64,000 bases of DNA, from the NCBI GenBank assembly GCA_027624335.1, contig JAQBWV010000002.1:18541-82540 (forward strand). Reading direction: 5' to 3'. Below the pieces are notes generated by a model that saw only the letters and a program-made list of their open reading frames with translations, made no database searches and had not been told where the DNA came from. Below are positions 46,232 to 56,241 of this stretch, in pieces (positions within the stretch are counted from its first letter, which is position 1; each line of letters begins with the position of its first letter). A program made the translations under genes and the position numbers. The DNA is from Planctomycetota bacterium (lineage in GTDB: Bacteria > Planctomycetota > Planctomycetia > Planctomycetales > Planctomycetaceae).

Positions 46232-46266
46232 CAGCCCGATCGCCCTGCGGTCGGGCTGTTTTTGTT
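46232..46266 (+). terminator. Rho-independent terminator after rplI
   Basis: CAGCCCGATCG-CCCTG-CGGTCGGGCTG forms an 11-bp stem (one G-U pair) with a 5-nt loop, followed by TTTTTGTT. Confidence 0.7.
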
Positions 46267-46555
46267 CGATCGATTGATGTCGCATTTTTGAAACGCCGCG
46301 TTTGTCGAGCTCTCTGACATCACACGACCGGGTCGCGACTCGCTCCGGGTAAGTTCGAAATCAGCGGAATCGAAATAAACTTCCCGAAATCCAGTAGCCA
46401 CGTTCGGCGGGCCGTGAGAAGCTCACTGACTGGTGATTGTGTCTGCGGGCGAGGTGTTTTCGAGCCGTTGCCTAAGGGGTGTTGTGCGCCCCGGAAATAC
46501 TGATGCGAACGTTCTGGCGTTAATGTCAACTGGTTCTCTTTGGAAACGGATTGCC

Positions 46556-47923
46556 ATGAAAAAGGGACGAACACCTCGCGAATCGTTTGCCGGAAAACTT
46601 CCGCCTCAAAATCTCGAGGCAGAGCAGGGCGTGCTTGGAAGCATTTTGCTTTCACATGAGGCTCTCGACGACGTTGTCGAAGTTTTGCGACCGGATCACT
46701 TCTACAGTGAGGCGAATCAACGAATCTTTGAAGCAGTGATGCGCCTGCATGAGCGGGGTGTGCGTGGCGATGCGGTCACTTTGCACGAAGAACTCGAACG
46801 TAATGGTGATCTGGAGGTGGTAGGCGGCGATGAATACCTGATTCAGGTGCTGGAAGCAGTACCGAACGCGGCTCACGCCCGGTACTACGCGGACATTGTT
46901 CGCGACCGATGGATTCAGCGATCGCTGGCTTATTCATGTAACGAGATCCTCGCCGAGGTCTACGACGGCAGCCGCGATACGGAAGACGTTCTGGCAAGCG
47001 CCGAGCAGAGGATCTTCTCGATTCTTGAACAGCAGGAACACGTCGAAAAGATGAACCTGCACGACATCCTGATCGATACTTTCGATCGGATTAATGCCCG
47101 GCTTGAGCAGGAAGGCACCGTCAGCGGAGTGACCACAGGGTTTGCTGATCTCGACAAGCAGATGAACGGTTTGCAGCCGACAGAACTCATCATTCTGGCG
47201 GCTCGCCCTAGTATGGGAAAAACGGCACTCGTCTGTAACATGGCTGAGGGTGCCGCAGAGTCGGGTGTCCCCGTTCTACTGTTCAGCCTTGAACAATCAA
47301 AACTTGAACTGGCCGAGCGTTTGCTCTGTATCCGCGCGAGAGTTAACGGTCACCGTCTGCGGGCGGGTGAACTCGATGAAGTCGAGCGGGATCAGTTAAT
47401 GGTTGCGTCTCAGGAGCTCAGCGAACTCAAGATCTTTATTGATGACGTTCCGGGACGGACGATGGCTCAGATCGGCGCAATTTCCCGCCGTATCAAGCGT
47501 CGCTGGGGACTGGGAGTCATCATCATCGACTATCTTCAGCTGATCGAACCGGAAGACAAATCCGCTCCCCGTGAGCAGCAGATTGCGTTGATCAGTCGTC
47601 GCCTGAAATTTCTATGCAAAGAAGTGGAAGCTCCGGTCATCGCCCTGGCTCAGCTCAACCGTGGCGTCGAGCTGCGAGAAGACAAACGACCACGACTGGC
47701 TGACCTCCGGGAAAGTGGATCCATCGAACAGGATGCTGACGTCGTTATGTTTCTGCATCGCCCTGCAGCCTACGATCCCGAAGACAGACCGGGCGAAGCT
47801 GATATCATCATTGCTAAGAATCGAAATGGACCGACTGGTCAGGTCACGCTGGCATGGATCAGTGAGTCGATGAAGTTCGGCGACCTGACTCGCGTGCCGG
47901 ATGAGATTGCCAATTCATTCTGA
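46556..47923 (+). CDS. dnaB: Replicative DNA helicase DnaB
   Basis: PPQNLEAEQGVLGSILL, Walker A ARPSMGKTAL, IIIDYLQLI, ALAQLNRGVE and SGSIEQDADVVMFLHR. The start is set at ATG 46556. Confidence 0.92.
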   Translation: MKKGRTPRESFAGKLPPQNLEAEQGVLGSILLSHEALDDVVEVLRPDHFYSEANQRIFEAVMRLHERGVRGDAVTLHEELERNGDLEVVGGDEYLIQVLEAVPNAAHARYYADIVRDRWIQRSLAYSCNEILAEVYDGSRDTEDVLASAEQRIFSILEQQEHVEKMNLHDILIDTFDRINARLEQEGTVSGVTTGFADLDKQMNGLQPTELIILAARPSMGKTALVCNMAEGAAESGVPVLLFSLEQSKLELAERLLCIRARVNGHRLRAGELDEVERDQLMVASQELSELKIFIDDVPGRTMAQIGAISRRIKRRWGLGVIIIDYLQLIEPEDKSAPREQQIALISRRLKFLCKEVEAPVIALAQLNRGVELREDKRPRLADLRESGSIEQDADVVMFLHRPAAYDPEDRPGEADIIIAKNRNGPTGQVTLAWISESMKFGDLTRVPDEIANSF

Positions 47924-48093
47924 CCGCTTGCAAATTCGGCATTCGTCGTTTGAACTCGATCGATGAGCGTGGCGAATGTGAGTTCGTTCGGGCAGGCTGA
48001 CGATTTAATCGCGGAGGACGCTGAGGGGAATCACGCTGAGAACGTAGAGAGTTGTATTAGCGTCTGCAGGTTCTCAGAGATCTCCGAGCCGCC

Positions 48094-49218
48094 ATGCCGG
48101 ATATTTTCGGTCGAGATTCCGAGTTTTCTAAACAGGAGCTACCAGACGTGTTGCGAGGAATACTCTCTCTCTCCCACCAGGAAGTGGAAGACTGGTGCCA
48201 GGAGAATGGTGAGAAGAGGTTTCGCGCCGACCAGATTCGCCGATGGTTGTTCGAGAACCGGGCGCAGTCGTTTGATGAGATGCTGGATCTTCCAGTGGCG
48301 TTTCGTCAGGCCCTGCGTAGTTCGTTTTCTCTATTCACGTCGCAAGTTGTCACGCATCAGATCGCCAGTGATCTGACGGAAAAGCTGCTGCTTAAGATGG
48401 TGGGCGGCGATACCGTCGAGTGTGTGCTGATGCGCGAACCGGATCGTCGAACCGTATGCATCAGCACGCAGGTGGGCTGTGCGATGGGATGCGTTTTCTG
48501 TGCCAGCGGAATGCTCGGACTGAAGCGGAATCTTGAGCGCGAGGAAATCCTCGAACAGATTCTTCGACTCGACCGGTTGCTCGATGACGACGAACGGATC
48601 ACCAACGTCGTTGTGATGGGAATCGGTGAGCCGTTGCAGAACCTGCCAATTCTGCTGCCAGTGCTCGATGACGTGACAGATGCGAATGGGCTCGGTTTAA
48701 GTCCTCGTCGCATCACCCTTTCGACGGTCGGGTTGCCAGCAAAGATCCGAGAGCTCGCGGCAGTCGGCAAGCCGTACAACCTGGCGGTCTCGCTGCATGC
48801 GGCGACTGATCAGCTTCGCAATGAGCTCGTGCCGGTCAACGATAAAATCGGCATTGAGGCCATTCTTGAGGCGACGGATGAGTATTTCGCAACCAGCGGT
48901 CGGCGGGTGACGTTTGAGTATGTTCTGTTGGGCGGCTTGAATGACCAGCCGCAGCATGCTCATCAGTTGGCTGGGTTGTTGAGATCGCGAAACGCGCACG
49001 TGAATCTAATTCCGATGAACCGAGTCGAGACGCTGGAGTTCGACGAGCCTTCACAGTCCCGTACTGCAGAGTTCGTCGAGATCCTTGAAACCAGCGGCGT
49101 GGCAGCGACAGTTCGAAAACGGAAGGGCGCGGATATCGACGCAGCTTGTGGGCAGCTTCGGTTAAAGGATGCTGTCGGGGAGCAGACGTCGTCAGGCGGA
49201 GCCAGTACGTGTGAATGA
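48094..49218 (+). CDS. rlmN: 23S rRNA/tRNA (adenine-C2)-methyltransferase RlmN (radical SAM)
   Basis: FRADQIRRWLF, CISTQVGCAMGCVFCASG, MGIGEPL, VSLHA and the C-terminal DIDAACGQL. Confidence 0.9.
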   Translation: MPDIFGRDSEFSKQELPDVLRGILSLSHQEVEDWCQENGEKRFRADQIRRWLFENRAQSFDEMLDLPVAFRQALRSSFSLFTSQVVTHQIASDLTEKLLLKMVGGDTVECVLMREPDRRTVCISTQVGCAMGCVFCASGMLGLKRNLEREEILEQILRLDRLLDDDERITNVVVMGIGEPLQNLPILLPVLDDVTDANGLGLSPRRITLSTVGLPAKIRELAAVGKPYNLAVSLHAATDQLRNELVPVNDKIGIEAILEATDEYFATSGRRVTFEYVLLGGLNDQPQHAHQLAGLLRSRNAHVNLIPMNRVETLEFDEPSQSRTAEFVEILETSGVAATVRKRKGADIDAACGQLRLKDAVGEQTSSGGASTCE

Positions 49219-49689
49219 AGCCGACCAACCGTGTACGCCTCAAATCGAATGACTATTTCGACAGTCGGCAGGCGTGCGTTGTGGATTAATTGAGCATCAG
49301 CTTCAGCCGATGCATCATGACCTTCATCACTGCATGGCCTCGACGGTCGTTCCACGACGACTGATCACAACGTCATCGCCGTCGTTCACGATGTTTGGCA
49401 TTGAGACGCTTCTTGTGCCCTGCCCCTGCCCTGTACTTTTCTGCCGGGCACAGAATGTCGCATGTAGGGGGTCAGCAACGGTGAAATCGGAACTCCGTGG
49501 GAAGTTGCGTATCCAGTGCACCAGATGACGATTCCGCAAACGATCCTACTTGAACAGTGACGAACGCCCGAACTTTGCAGCCTGTGCAATTCCTTATGTG
49601 ACACGTATTTCTCAATGTCAGGCAAGGCGGCGAAAGTTGTGATAACCAAACTGTAGCAGGCTGTACTGCAGAAACGGTCGCGAGTGACC

Positions 49690-50770
49690 ATGGTAGCGGT
49701 CACACTTCTGCAGCGGGCGCAAATCATCGTCCTCGCGTTTGAGGGAAAACTGAATCAGGAGATCGACGCGATCGTCGGGCTGAGACACGATCAGGTCGGC
49801 ATCTGAAGACGACGCTGGCAGGAGGCCTTTGCGAAGCTCACCCTGATTGAATGCATGGAAGAACCGCCCAGTCCTGCCAGGGCGAGCGAGGATGTGTCCG
49901 GCGACAAGCCGCGTAGCGGGGCTCCGCCGAAGTTCATCGACGATGACACAAGCGCGACATTATTGTTTCGATGTCGACCAGTCGCATCAGTATGCTGCTG
50001 AACGATGCTGAGTTGAAGACGCACAAGTCAAGGTACTTGCGGAACACATGAGAGAAGGATTCGGAAGTGTTCGAGCAGCAGTCCTGAGCCACCTGCGATG
50101 CGTAGCAGGCGGCGCCCGATCAGCAGGAACATCACAACCACGAATCGCCTGCGTGGATGAAATGTCAAGCTTCCAGTCTCTGAGAGGAAGGCTTCCCAGA
50201 AATAATGTGGTCGGGCCAGTGAGAACGCATCGAGTTCCAATGCGTCCGGCACGTGACGCGTTGCCTGGTTGGCAGCTTTGATGTGGTTATTGGCCAGTCC
50301 GCCTCACCGACCATCGGCGAAACAAGAACGGAAGAGGATCTCCTCAAGCACATCAATCGGGCGGCGCAGTTGTCGCCGGATTCGCGGTGGCGTTTCATTC
50401 TGGACCAGCTCAACACGCATCAGTCGGAGAGTCTGGTGATGCAGGTGATCGCAATGGATCGGCTGAACATCCCGAGTGAAGAATTCGGCTGAAAGGCAAG
50501 TCTGGCATTCTGAAGTCCCAGGCCACGCGACGGGTCTTTCCGTCGACAGCCGACCGGAAGATCCGATTCCCCTACGCGCCGAAACACAGGTCGTGGCTGA
50601 ACCAGATCGAAATCGGGTTCCGCGTTGTCGTACGTCGCGTTCTTCAGTGAGGAGTTTTTCCATCACAGGAAGCAATGCGTCAGCGTCTGCTGGATTTCAT
50701 CGACGACTTCAACCGCATCATGGTCAAACCGTACGGCTGGACTTACACGGGCAAGCCCCTCGCCGCATGA
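49690..50770 (+). mobile_element. IS630-family transposase pseudogene (decayed)
   Basis: Pieces lie in three frames. The HTH part is RAQIIVLAFEGKLNQEIDAIVGL..GDKPRSGAPPKF. Further fragments are LKTHKSRY, CVDEMSSFQSL and the DDE region RWRFILDQLNTHQS. The C-terminus reads IRFPYAPKHRSWLNQIEIGF...FIDDFNRIMVKPYGWTYTGKPL. There are in-frame stops at 49804 and 50648 and at least two frameshifts. I could not identify terminal inverted repeats. Confidence 0.8.
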
Positions 50771-50988
50771 CAAACAGACCCTGGCACATCGAACCAGAGA
50801 AAATACAACGGACACGACGGACGACATCCTCGTCAGATACAATTTGCAGGATCGTCATCTAGTCCGTGCGAATCTCCGGATACGGGATGCTCGCTGTAAT
50901 TGTATAAACCAACGATCCAGCGCATGTTTCGGGAGTCTGCTGGGCGTTGATGTTGCATCGATGATGCCGAGCGGATTTGCTGCAGGAC

Positions 50989-53900
50989 ATGAGGAATTCA
51001 GTGATTAAATCAAAACGATGCTCACCGAGGACAGGCCGCCGGTACAGATGGCTGGCCAGCTTACTCCTGTGTTTGTTTCCAGGGATTTCATCGGTAAGTA
51101 TTGCTCAGCCGAGCAACCCACCACATCCGACATCGAGCACGCCAGCGTCGCCGGTGCGTGCAGAAACGCTACCGACGCTTGATCAGATCGAAGCGGCGAG
51201 AAAAGAAGCCGAGGCCAGTACCACGCTCGACGACTCGACGAAGAAAGCGATCGCCGATCTGGCGATCAAGTCGGTTGAGTCGATTCGTTCGGCTGCTCGA
51301 AGTCGCGGGACGCTTCAGGCATTACAGCAGGACGCTGCAAATGCTGCCGACGACGTGACACAAGTCCTGGAAGAATTGAAGCGACCGATCGGGCAGTTTT
51401 TCCCATCAGTCGCCCCCGGCGCGACGCCCGAAGAAGTTCAGAGTGAAGTCACACGCGCGGAAGCGGAACTGGTCGAAGCCCGCAAGCGATTGGCGGGGAT
51501 GGAAGAAGTTCTTGGCCAGCGCGCCGCAAGGCGGCCGAAGTTGCCTGACCTGATCACTCAGTCTCAGAAGGAACTTGCTGAATTTGAGAAACAGTTAGCG
51601 GTCAGTCGTCCGGAAGGCGAAGCGGCCGAGCTGACCAGAGCACGTGAAGCGTTCGTAATGCTACATCGTGAAGAACTCAGGTCATCAATAGCGTTACTGG
51701 GACAGGAAGGGCCGCTCTACGACGCCACGGCTCGGCTGTTGACTGTGCGGCGTGACCTTGCTCAACGAACGGTCACGGATGCTGAACGTCGCCTTGAGGA
51801 GTGGCAGAAGGCCCGGTCTGAAGCACTGAAAGAGCAGGCACGGAAACAGGCGCAGGAAGCGCTGGAGACATTAAAGACTGCGCATCCGGAAGTCGGAGAA
51901 ATCGCCCGCCGGAATCAGGAATTGACCGAGATCAATCAGGACATCGTTGCTCAGCTTGAGACCGCGACTCGCGATCGTGATGAAATTCGCAAACGCGTCG
52001 AGCAGCTTGATTCCGAATTCACCGATCTGCAGACTCGCGCCGAGGCTGCTCATTTCACCGAAGCGATCGGCCATCTGCTCCGCAGTCACTACAGTCGCCT
52101 GCCGGGAGTTGCTCGTTACCAGGATGGCATTGCAGAACGGGATGGTGTCATTACCGAGCTGAATCTTGATCTGATTCAGTACGAACGTGAACGCCGCAAT
52201 CTCGTCGATCTGGAGAATGCTACAAATGAAAGCCTGAAGCAGATTCGCGTGGGAACCGGCACTGAAGCGGGCGAAATTCGCCGTCAGGTTGAAGAGCTTC
52301 TGTCGGCACAGAGCGTGAATTTGAGCACGCTGACGCTAAATGCCGCAAGCTGTTTGAACATGCTGGTGTCGCTGGACAGCGCTGAGCGGAATTTAATTGA
52401 GCAGGTTCATCTTCAACACGATTACATCGCCGAGCATGTCCTGTGGGTGCAGTCGGCAACCGAGATGTACCGTACTCCTGCAAGTGCCTGGCTGACGTCG
52501 GCAAGGCAACTCATGCATCCAGAAAGCTGGTATTCCGTGGGCCGTCTCCTGCGGATCGACATCGGACTGCACTCAGTCACGTGGCTGGCGGGGGCGATCA
52601 GCTGGATTCTGCTCATCACCATCCGCGGACGCTGGCGACGGGCATTGATAGCAATTGGCATGCAAGCTCGAAAAAGCACTGTGACCGAGTTTCGGCCAAC
52701 GGCGAGTGCGGCAGTCCTTACGGCGGCGATCGCATTGCCCTGGCCGGTCATGTTTCTGCTGCTGGGTTGGAGGCTGGATGTAATTCGCGGAGGGACTGGT
52801 TCATTCACTCCGCCGCGCCAGCGCTGTCGACGGTTGGTCTACTGTATCTGGTACTTGAAGTTCTGAGGCAGACGTTTCGGCAGTATGGTTTGGCGGAGTC
52901 TCACTTCGGCTGGTCAGAGGATGTTGTAAAGGACGTGCGTCGCGCCCTGCGCAGGTCGATTCTGGCCGGTCTGCCATTAGCGCTGGTCGTCTCATTCTGC
53001 CGTGCTTCCGGCGACATCGTGCTGCACGCTTCGATTGGTCGACTGGCTTTCGTTCTGGCCTGCCTGCAGCATTCGGCACTGTTTTATCTGCTGGTGCGTC
53101 CCAGCGGTTCATTGATGCTGGAACTCCTTTCGCAATCGACTCACCCGCTGGCGTACCGGTTCCATTCGGTATGGGTCGCCATCACGGTTGGTGGTCCGCT
53201 GGCTCTCGGAATCGCAGCATTCGGCGGCTACTACTACACAACTCTGGAACTTGCCTGGCGAACGATTGCAACACTGGGTATCGCCGTCGGTTTGTTGCTG
53301 CTGCGTTCGGTTCTGTATCGCTGGCTGCTGGTGAGTTATCGTGCGCTGGCGATTCGCAAGAACCGTCAACGCCGGGAAGCCATGCAGAGGGAGTCTGCCG
53401 AGAAGGGCGAAGTCTCGGACGTGATCGAAGCCGAACGAGTGCCAGAGATACAGCTCTCCACGCTGAACGACCAGACTCAGCGACTGTTTCGGCTGGTCAG
53501 CAGTGTCGCGCTGCTGACGGGAATCTGGATCATCTGGGGAGACGTGCTGCCCGCGCTCGCCGTATTCAAACGCCTTGAGCTATGGGATCTCTACACTCCG
53601 GGAGTCGGCATTACTGGAGTCGTGACGCTGGCCGATCTGGCAATCGCTTTGCTGGTACTGGTCGTGACCGTTGCTGCCAGTCGTAACCTGCCGGGTCTGC
53701 TGGAGATCGGCGTCCTGCAGAGATTACCTCTCGATCCGGGTGCTCGCTACGCCGCGACGACGATCATACGTTATCTGATTGTCGTCGCTGGAGTCGTTAC
53801 CGCGTTCAGTCTGATTGGAGTTGACTGGGGCAGTGTGCAGTGGCTGGTGGCTGCCATGTCGGTTGGCCTTGGCTTCGGGTTGCAGGAGATCTTTGCGAAT

Positions 53901-54464
53901 TTTGTCTCTGGTATGATTCTGCTCTTCGAACGTCCGATCCGCGTCGGCGACACTGTGACCGTAAACGACGTGACGGGCACAGTGAGTCGAATTCGCATCA
54001 GAGCGACAACAATTGTTGACTGGAATAATAAAGAACTGGTGGTTCCTAATCGCGATTTTGTGACAGGCAATCTGGTTAACTGGACGCTGTCCAATTCACA
54101 TTTGCGAATCATCATTACGGTTGGCATCGCCTATGGTTCAGATACTGAACTGGCCACGCAGTTGCTGTACCAGGTAGCTCGGGAGTGTCCTGACGTTCTC
54201 AAGGAACCAGAACCGATTGTCGTGTTCACTTTGTTCGGAGACAGTACGTTGAACTTTGATCTGCGTTGCTTCGTGCCGACGCCGCAGGTCTATCGCCTTA
54301 TTTCACATGAGCTGAATATGGCCATTGACAAGACGTTTCGAGCACATGGTGTTGAAATAGCGTTCCCGCAACGGGATCTGCATCTGCGATCAATCGATGC
54401 CCGCCTGCTGAAATCCCTGGGCCGTGATCGTGATCCTGTCGACTCCGCAAGGCGTGAAGACTGA
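50989..54464 (+). pseudogene. MscK/KefA-type mechanosensitive channel with a broken reading frame (apparent 1-nt deletion near 52786..52796)
   Basis: ORF 50977..52866 carries the signal peptide, a long periplasmic coiled coil and the first TM helices. ORF 52443..54464, in the -1 frame, carries the remaining TM helices and the MscS core VGLGFGLQEIFANFVSGMILLFERPIRVGDTV..GTVSRIRIRATTIVDWNNKELVVPN. Sensible sequence switches from ..LLGWRLDVIRG to DWFIHSAAPALSTVGLL.. around the run GGAGGG. A sequencing error cannot be excluded. Confidence 0.7.
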
Positions 54465-54701
54465 CTTTACACCTGCGCCATTCGTTACTGTGAGTCTTTC
54501 ATTGAGACATCCTCGCAGAGGCGTCTTTCCATTTTCTTTGCGATCAACATCGTGACGCATAAGTCTTGAGAAATATTGGCCGCAAATGTCTCATTCGTGA
54601 CCGCGCGCCGCGCAAATCGACAGTCCTTTGACCGCGAGGAGCGTGGTAATGCTCAACGTCGTCGGAGCGGACTGCGGGTCGCTGTCAGGCTGACTCGTCG
54701 G

Positions 54702-56159
54702 TCACGACAGAATGTCTCGAATGATTTCGCCCTCAACGTCGGTCAGTCGGAAATCCCGCCCGTTGAAACGGTAGGTCAGCTTCGTGTGGTCAATTCCCAT
54801 CTGATGCAGAATCGTTGCGTGGATGTCGTGGGCGTTGACGCGATTCTCAATGGACTTGTAACCGAACTCGTCCGAAGCGCCGTACTGCGTGCCTCCTTTG
54901 AAGCCGCCGCCAGCGAACCAGGTCGTAAACGCGTTGGGGTTATGATCGCGGCCACCCTCTCCCTGCGAATCGGACGTCCGCCCGAATTCTCCACCGTAGA
55001 TGACGATCGTATCGTCGAACAAACCTCGCTGCTTCAAGTCGCTCAGCAGTGCAGCGGTCGGCTGATCCACCGTCGAGGCGCACGCCCGGTGATTTCCATT
55101 AATGTCGCTGTGCGCGTCCCATGGCACATCACTGACAGCGCCGCCTGGAGTGTTAGGACAGGCCGCAAAAATCTGAACGAACCGAACGCCTCGTTCAATC
55201 ATGCGCCGAGCGATCAAACACTGTCGGCCGTAGTCCTTCGACTCGTTTCGATTCAAACCGTACATCTCTTGAATGTGGTCGGGCTCCTGAGCGAGATCGA
55301 ACGCTTCCGGAGCGGATGTCTGCATTCGATAGGCAAGTTCGAAGGATTCAAGACGAGCATTCAGATCGCGGTCGAACGGTCGCTGCTGCGCGTGTTTCGC
55401 ATTGGCAGCGTTGAGAACGTCAAGCAGCGATCGCTGTTGATCACCGGTCAGTTCCGCAGGGCGGGCTAAATTATCGATCGGCTTCGCGCCTCGGGGATCA
55501 AGCGCCGTCGCCTGGTAAACAGAAGGCAGAAAACCTGATGACCAGATGGGGTCCGCGCCTCGAGGCTTCGTTCCATGCATGACAACGTAAGCCGGGAGAT
55601 TGGAATTTTCGCTACCAAGGCCGTACGTCAACCATGAGCCCATGCTTGGGAAACCCTGACGAATCATGCCGGAATTCAGTTCCAGCATCGCGGGCGTGTG
55701 ATTGTTCGATTGCGAATAGCACGAATACACGAACGCGATGTCATCCACATGCTTTGAGATGTTTGGAAAGATCTCAGATGTCCACGCACCGGATTCACCG
55801 TGCTGCGCCCATTTGAAGGGTGACTTCAGGCACTTGCCACTTGTCGTGAAGAAGCCGGTCTTCGGGTCAGCACCTGCGAGTTGTGTCCCATTCCGTTTCT
55901 GAAGTTCAGGCTTGTAATCGAACGTGTCGACCTGCGATGGACTTCCGGTTTGAAAGAGCCAGATGACCGCTTTTGCTTTCGGAGCAAACGGCGACGGGCG
56001 TTCCGCCAGCGGATTGTTCGACGATGGCGATGCCGCCACGACACCCTCCTGGTGAAGCAGACTCGTCAGTGCGAGCGAACCGCAGCCAAGACCGGCACGC
56101 TGTAGAAAGTCACGTCGCGTTGTGGGATTCGTGATCAAATGGTGCTGCATGGAATGCAC
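54702..56159 (-). CDS. DUF1501 domain protein, Tat-exported
   Basis: 485 aa. TRRDFLQRAGLGCGSLAL, WLFQTGSPSQVDTFDYKP, GGEFGRTSDSQGEGGRDHNPNAF and YRFNGRDFRLTDVEG. It lies directly downstream of the PSCyt/DUF1553 gene. Confidence 0.9.
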   Translation of the reverse strand: MHSMQHHLITNPTTRRDFLQRAGLGCGSLALTSLLHQEGVVAASPSSNNPLAERPSPFAPKAKAVIWLFQTGSPSQVDTFDYKPELQKRNGTQLAGADPKTGFFTTSGKCLKSPFKWAQHGESGAWTSEIFPNISKHVDDIAFVYSCYSQSNNHTPAMLELNSGMIRQGFPSMGSWLTYGLGSENSNLPAYVVMHGTKPRGADPIWSSGFLPSVYQATALDPRGAKPIDNLARPAELTGDQQRSLLDVLNAANAKHAQQRPFDRDLNARLESFELAYRMQTSAPEAFDLAQEPDHIQEMYGLNRNESKDYGRQCLIARRMIERGVRFVQIFAACPNTPGGAVSDVPWDAHSDINGNHRACASTVDQPTAALLSDLKQRGLFDDTIVIYGGEFGRTSDSQGEGGRDHNPNAFTTWFAGGGFKGGTQYGASDEFGYKSIENRVNAHDIHATILHQMGIDHTKLTYRFNGRDFRLTDVEGEIIRDILS

Positions 56160-56241
56160 TTTTCTGTTGGGTTGTCGGTGTCTTTGTTTATCACGAGCAC
56201 GTTGACTCGTCTGTCATCAGTGCAAGGGGCACGTTGATACT

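Noticed and set aside
49327-49539. Minus-strand ORF ending ..NDGDDVVISRRGTTVEAMQ, faintly reminiscent of a Phd/YefM antitoxin N-terminus (V.I.RRG.P.AV), next to the IS relic.
   Set aside because: Only about 12 residues fit the pattern and they lie at the C-terminal end of the ORF, not the N-terminus. No toxin ORF follows. At most this is a relic and it is not supportable.
52786-52796. Programmed ribosomal frameshift as an explanation for the split mscK-like gene.
   Set aside because: There is no X_XXY_YYZ slippery heptamer or obvious downstream structure at the junction (ATTCGCGGAGGGACTGG). A 1-nt indel in a G run is the simpler explanation.
54576-55469. 297-aa plus-strand ORF opposite DUF1501, together with 56911..57885 (324 aa), 58591..59238 (215 aa), 60007..60726 (239 aa) and 61822..62934 (370 aa) opposite the two giant minus-strand genes.
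   Set aside because: All are antisense shadow ORFs. The minus-strand products carry continuous DUF1501, PSCyt/DUF1549/DUF1553 and DUF1592-family signatures.
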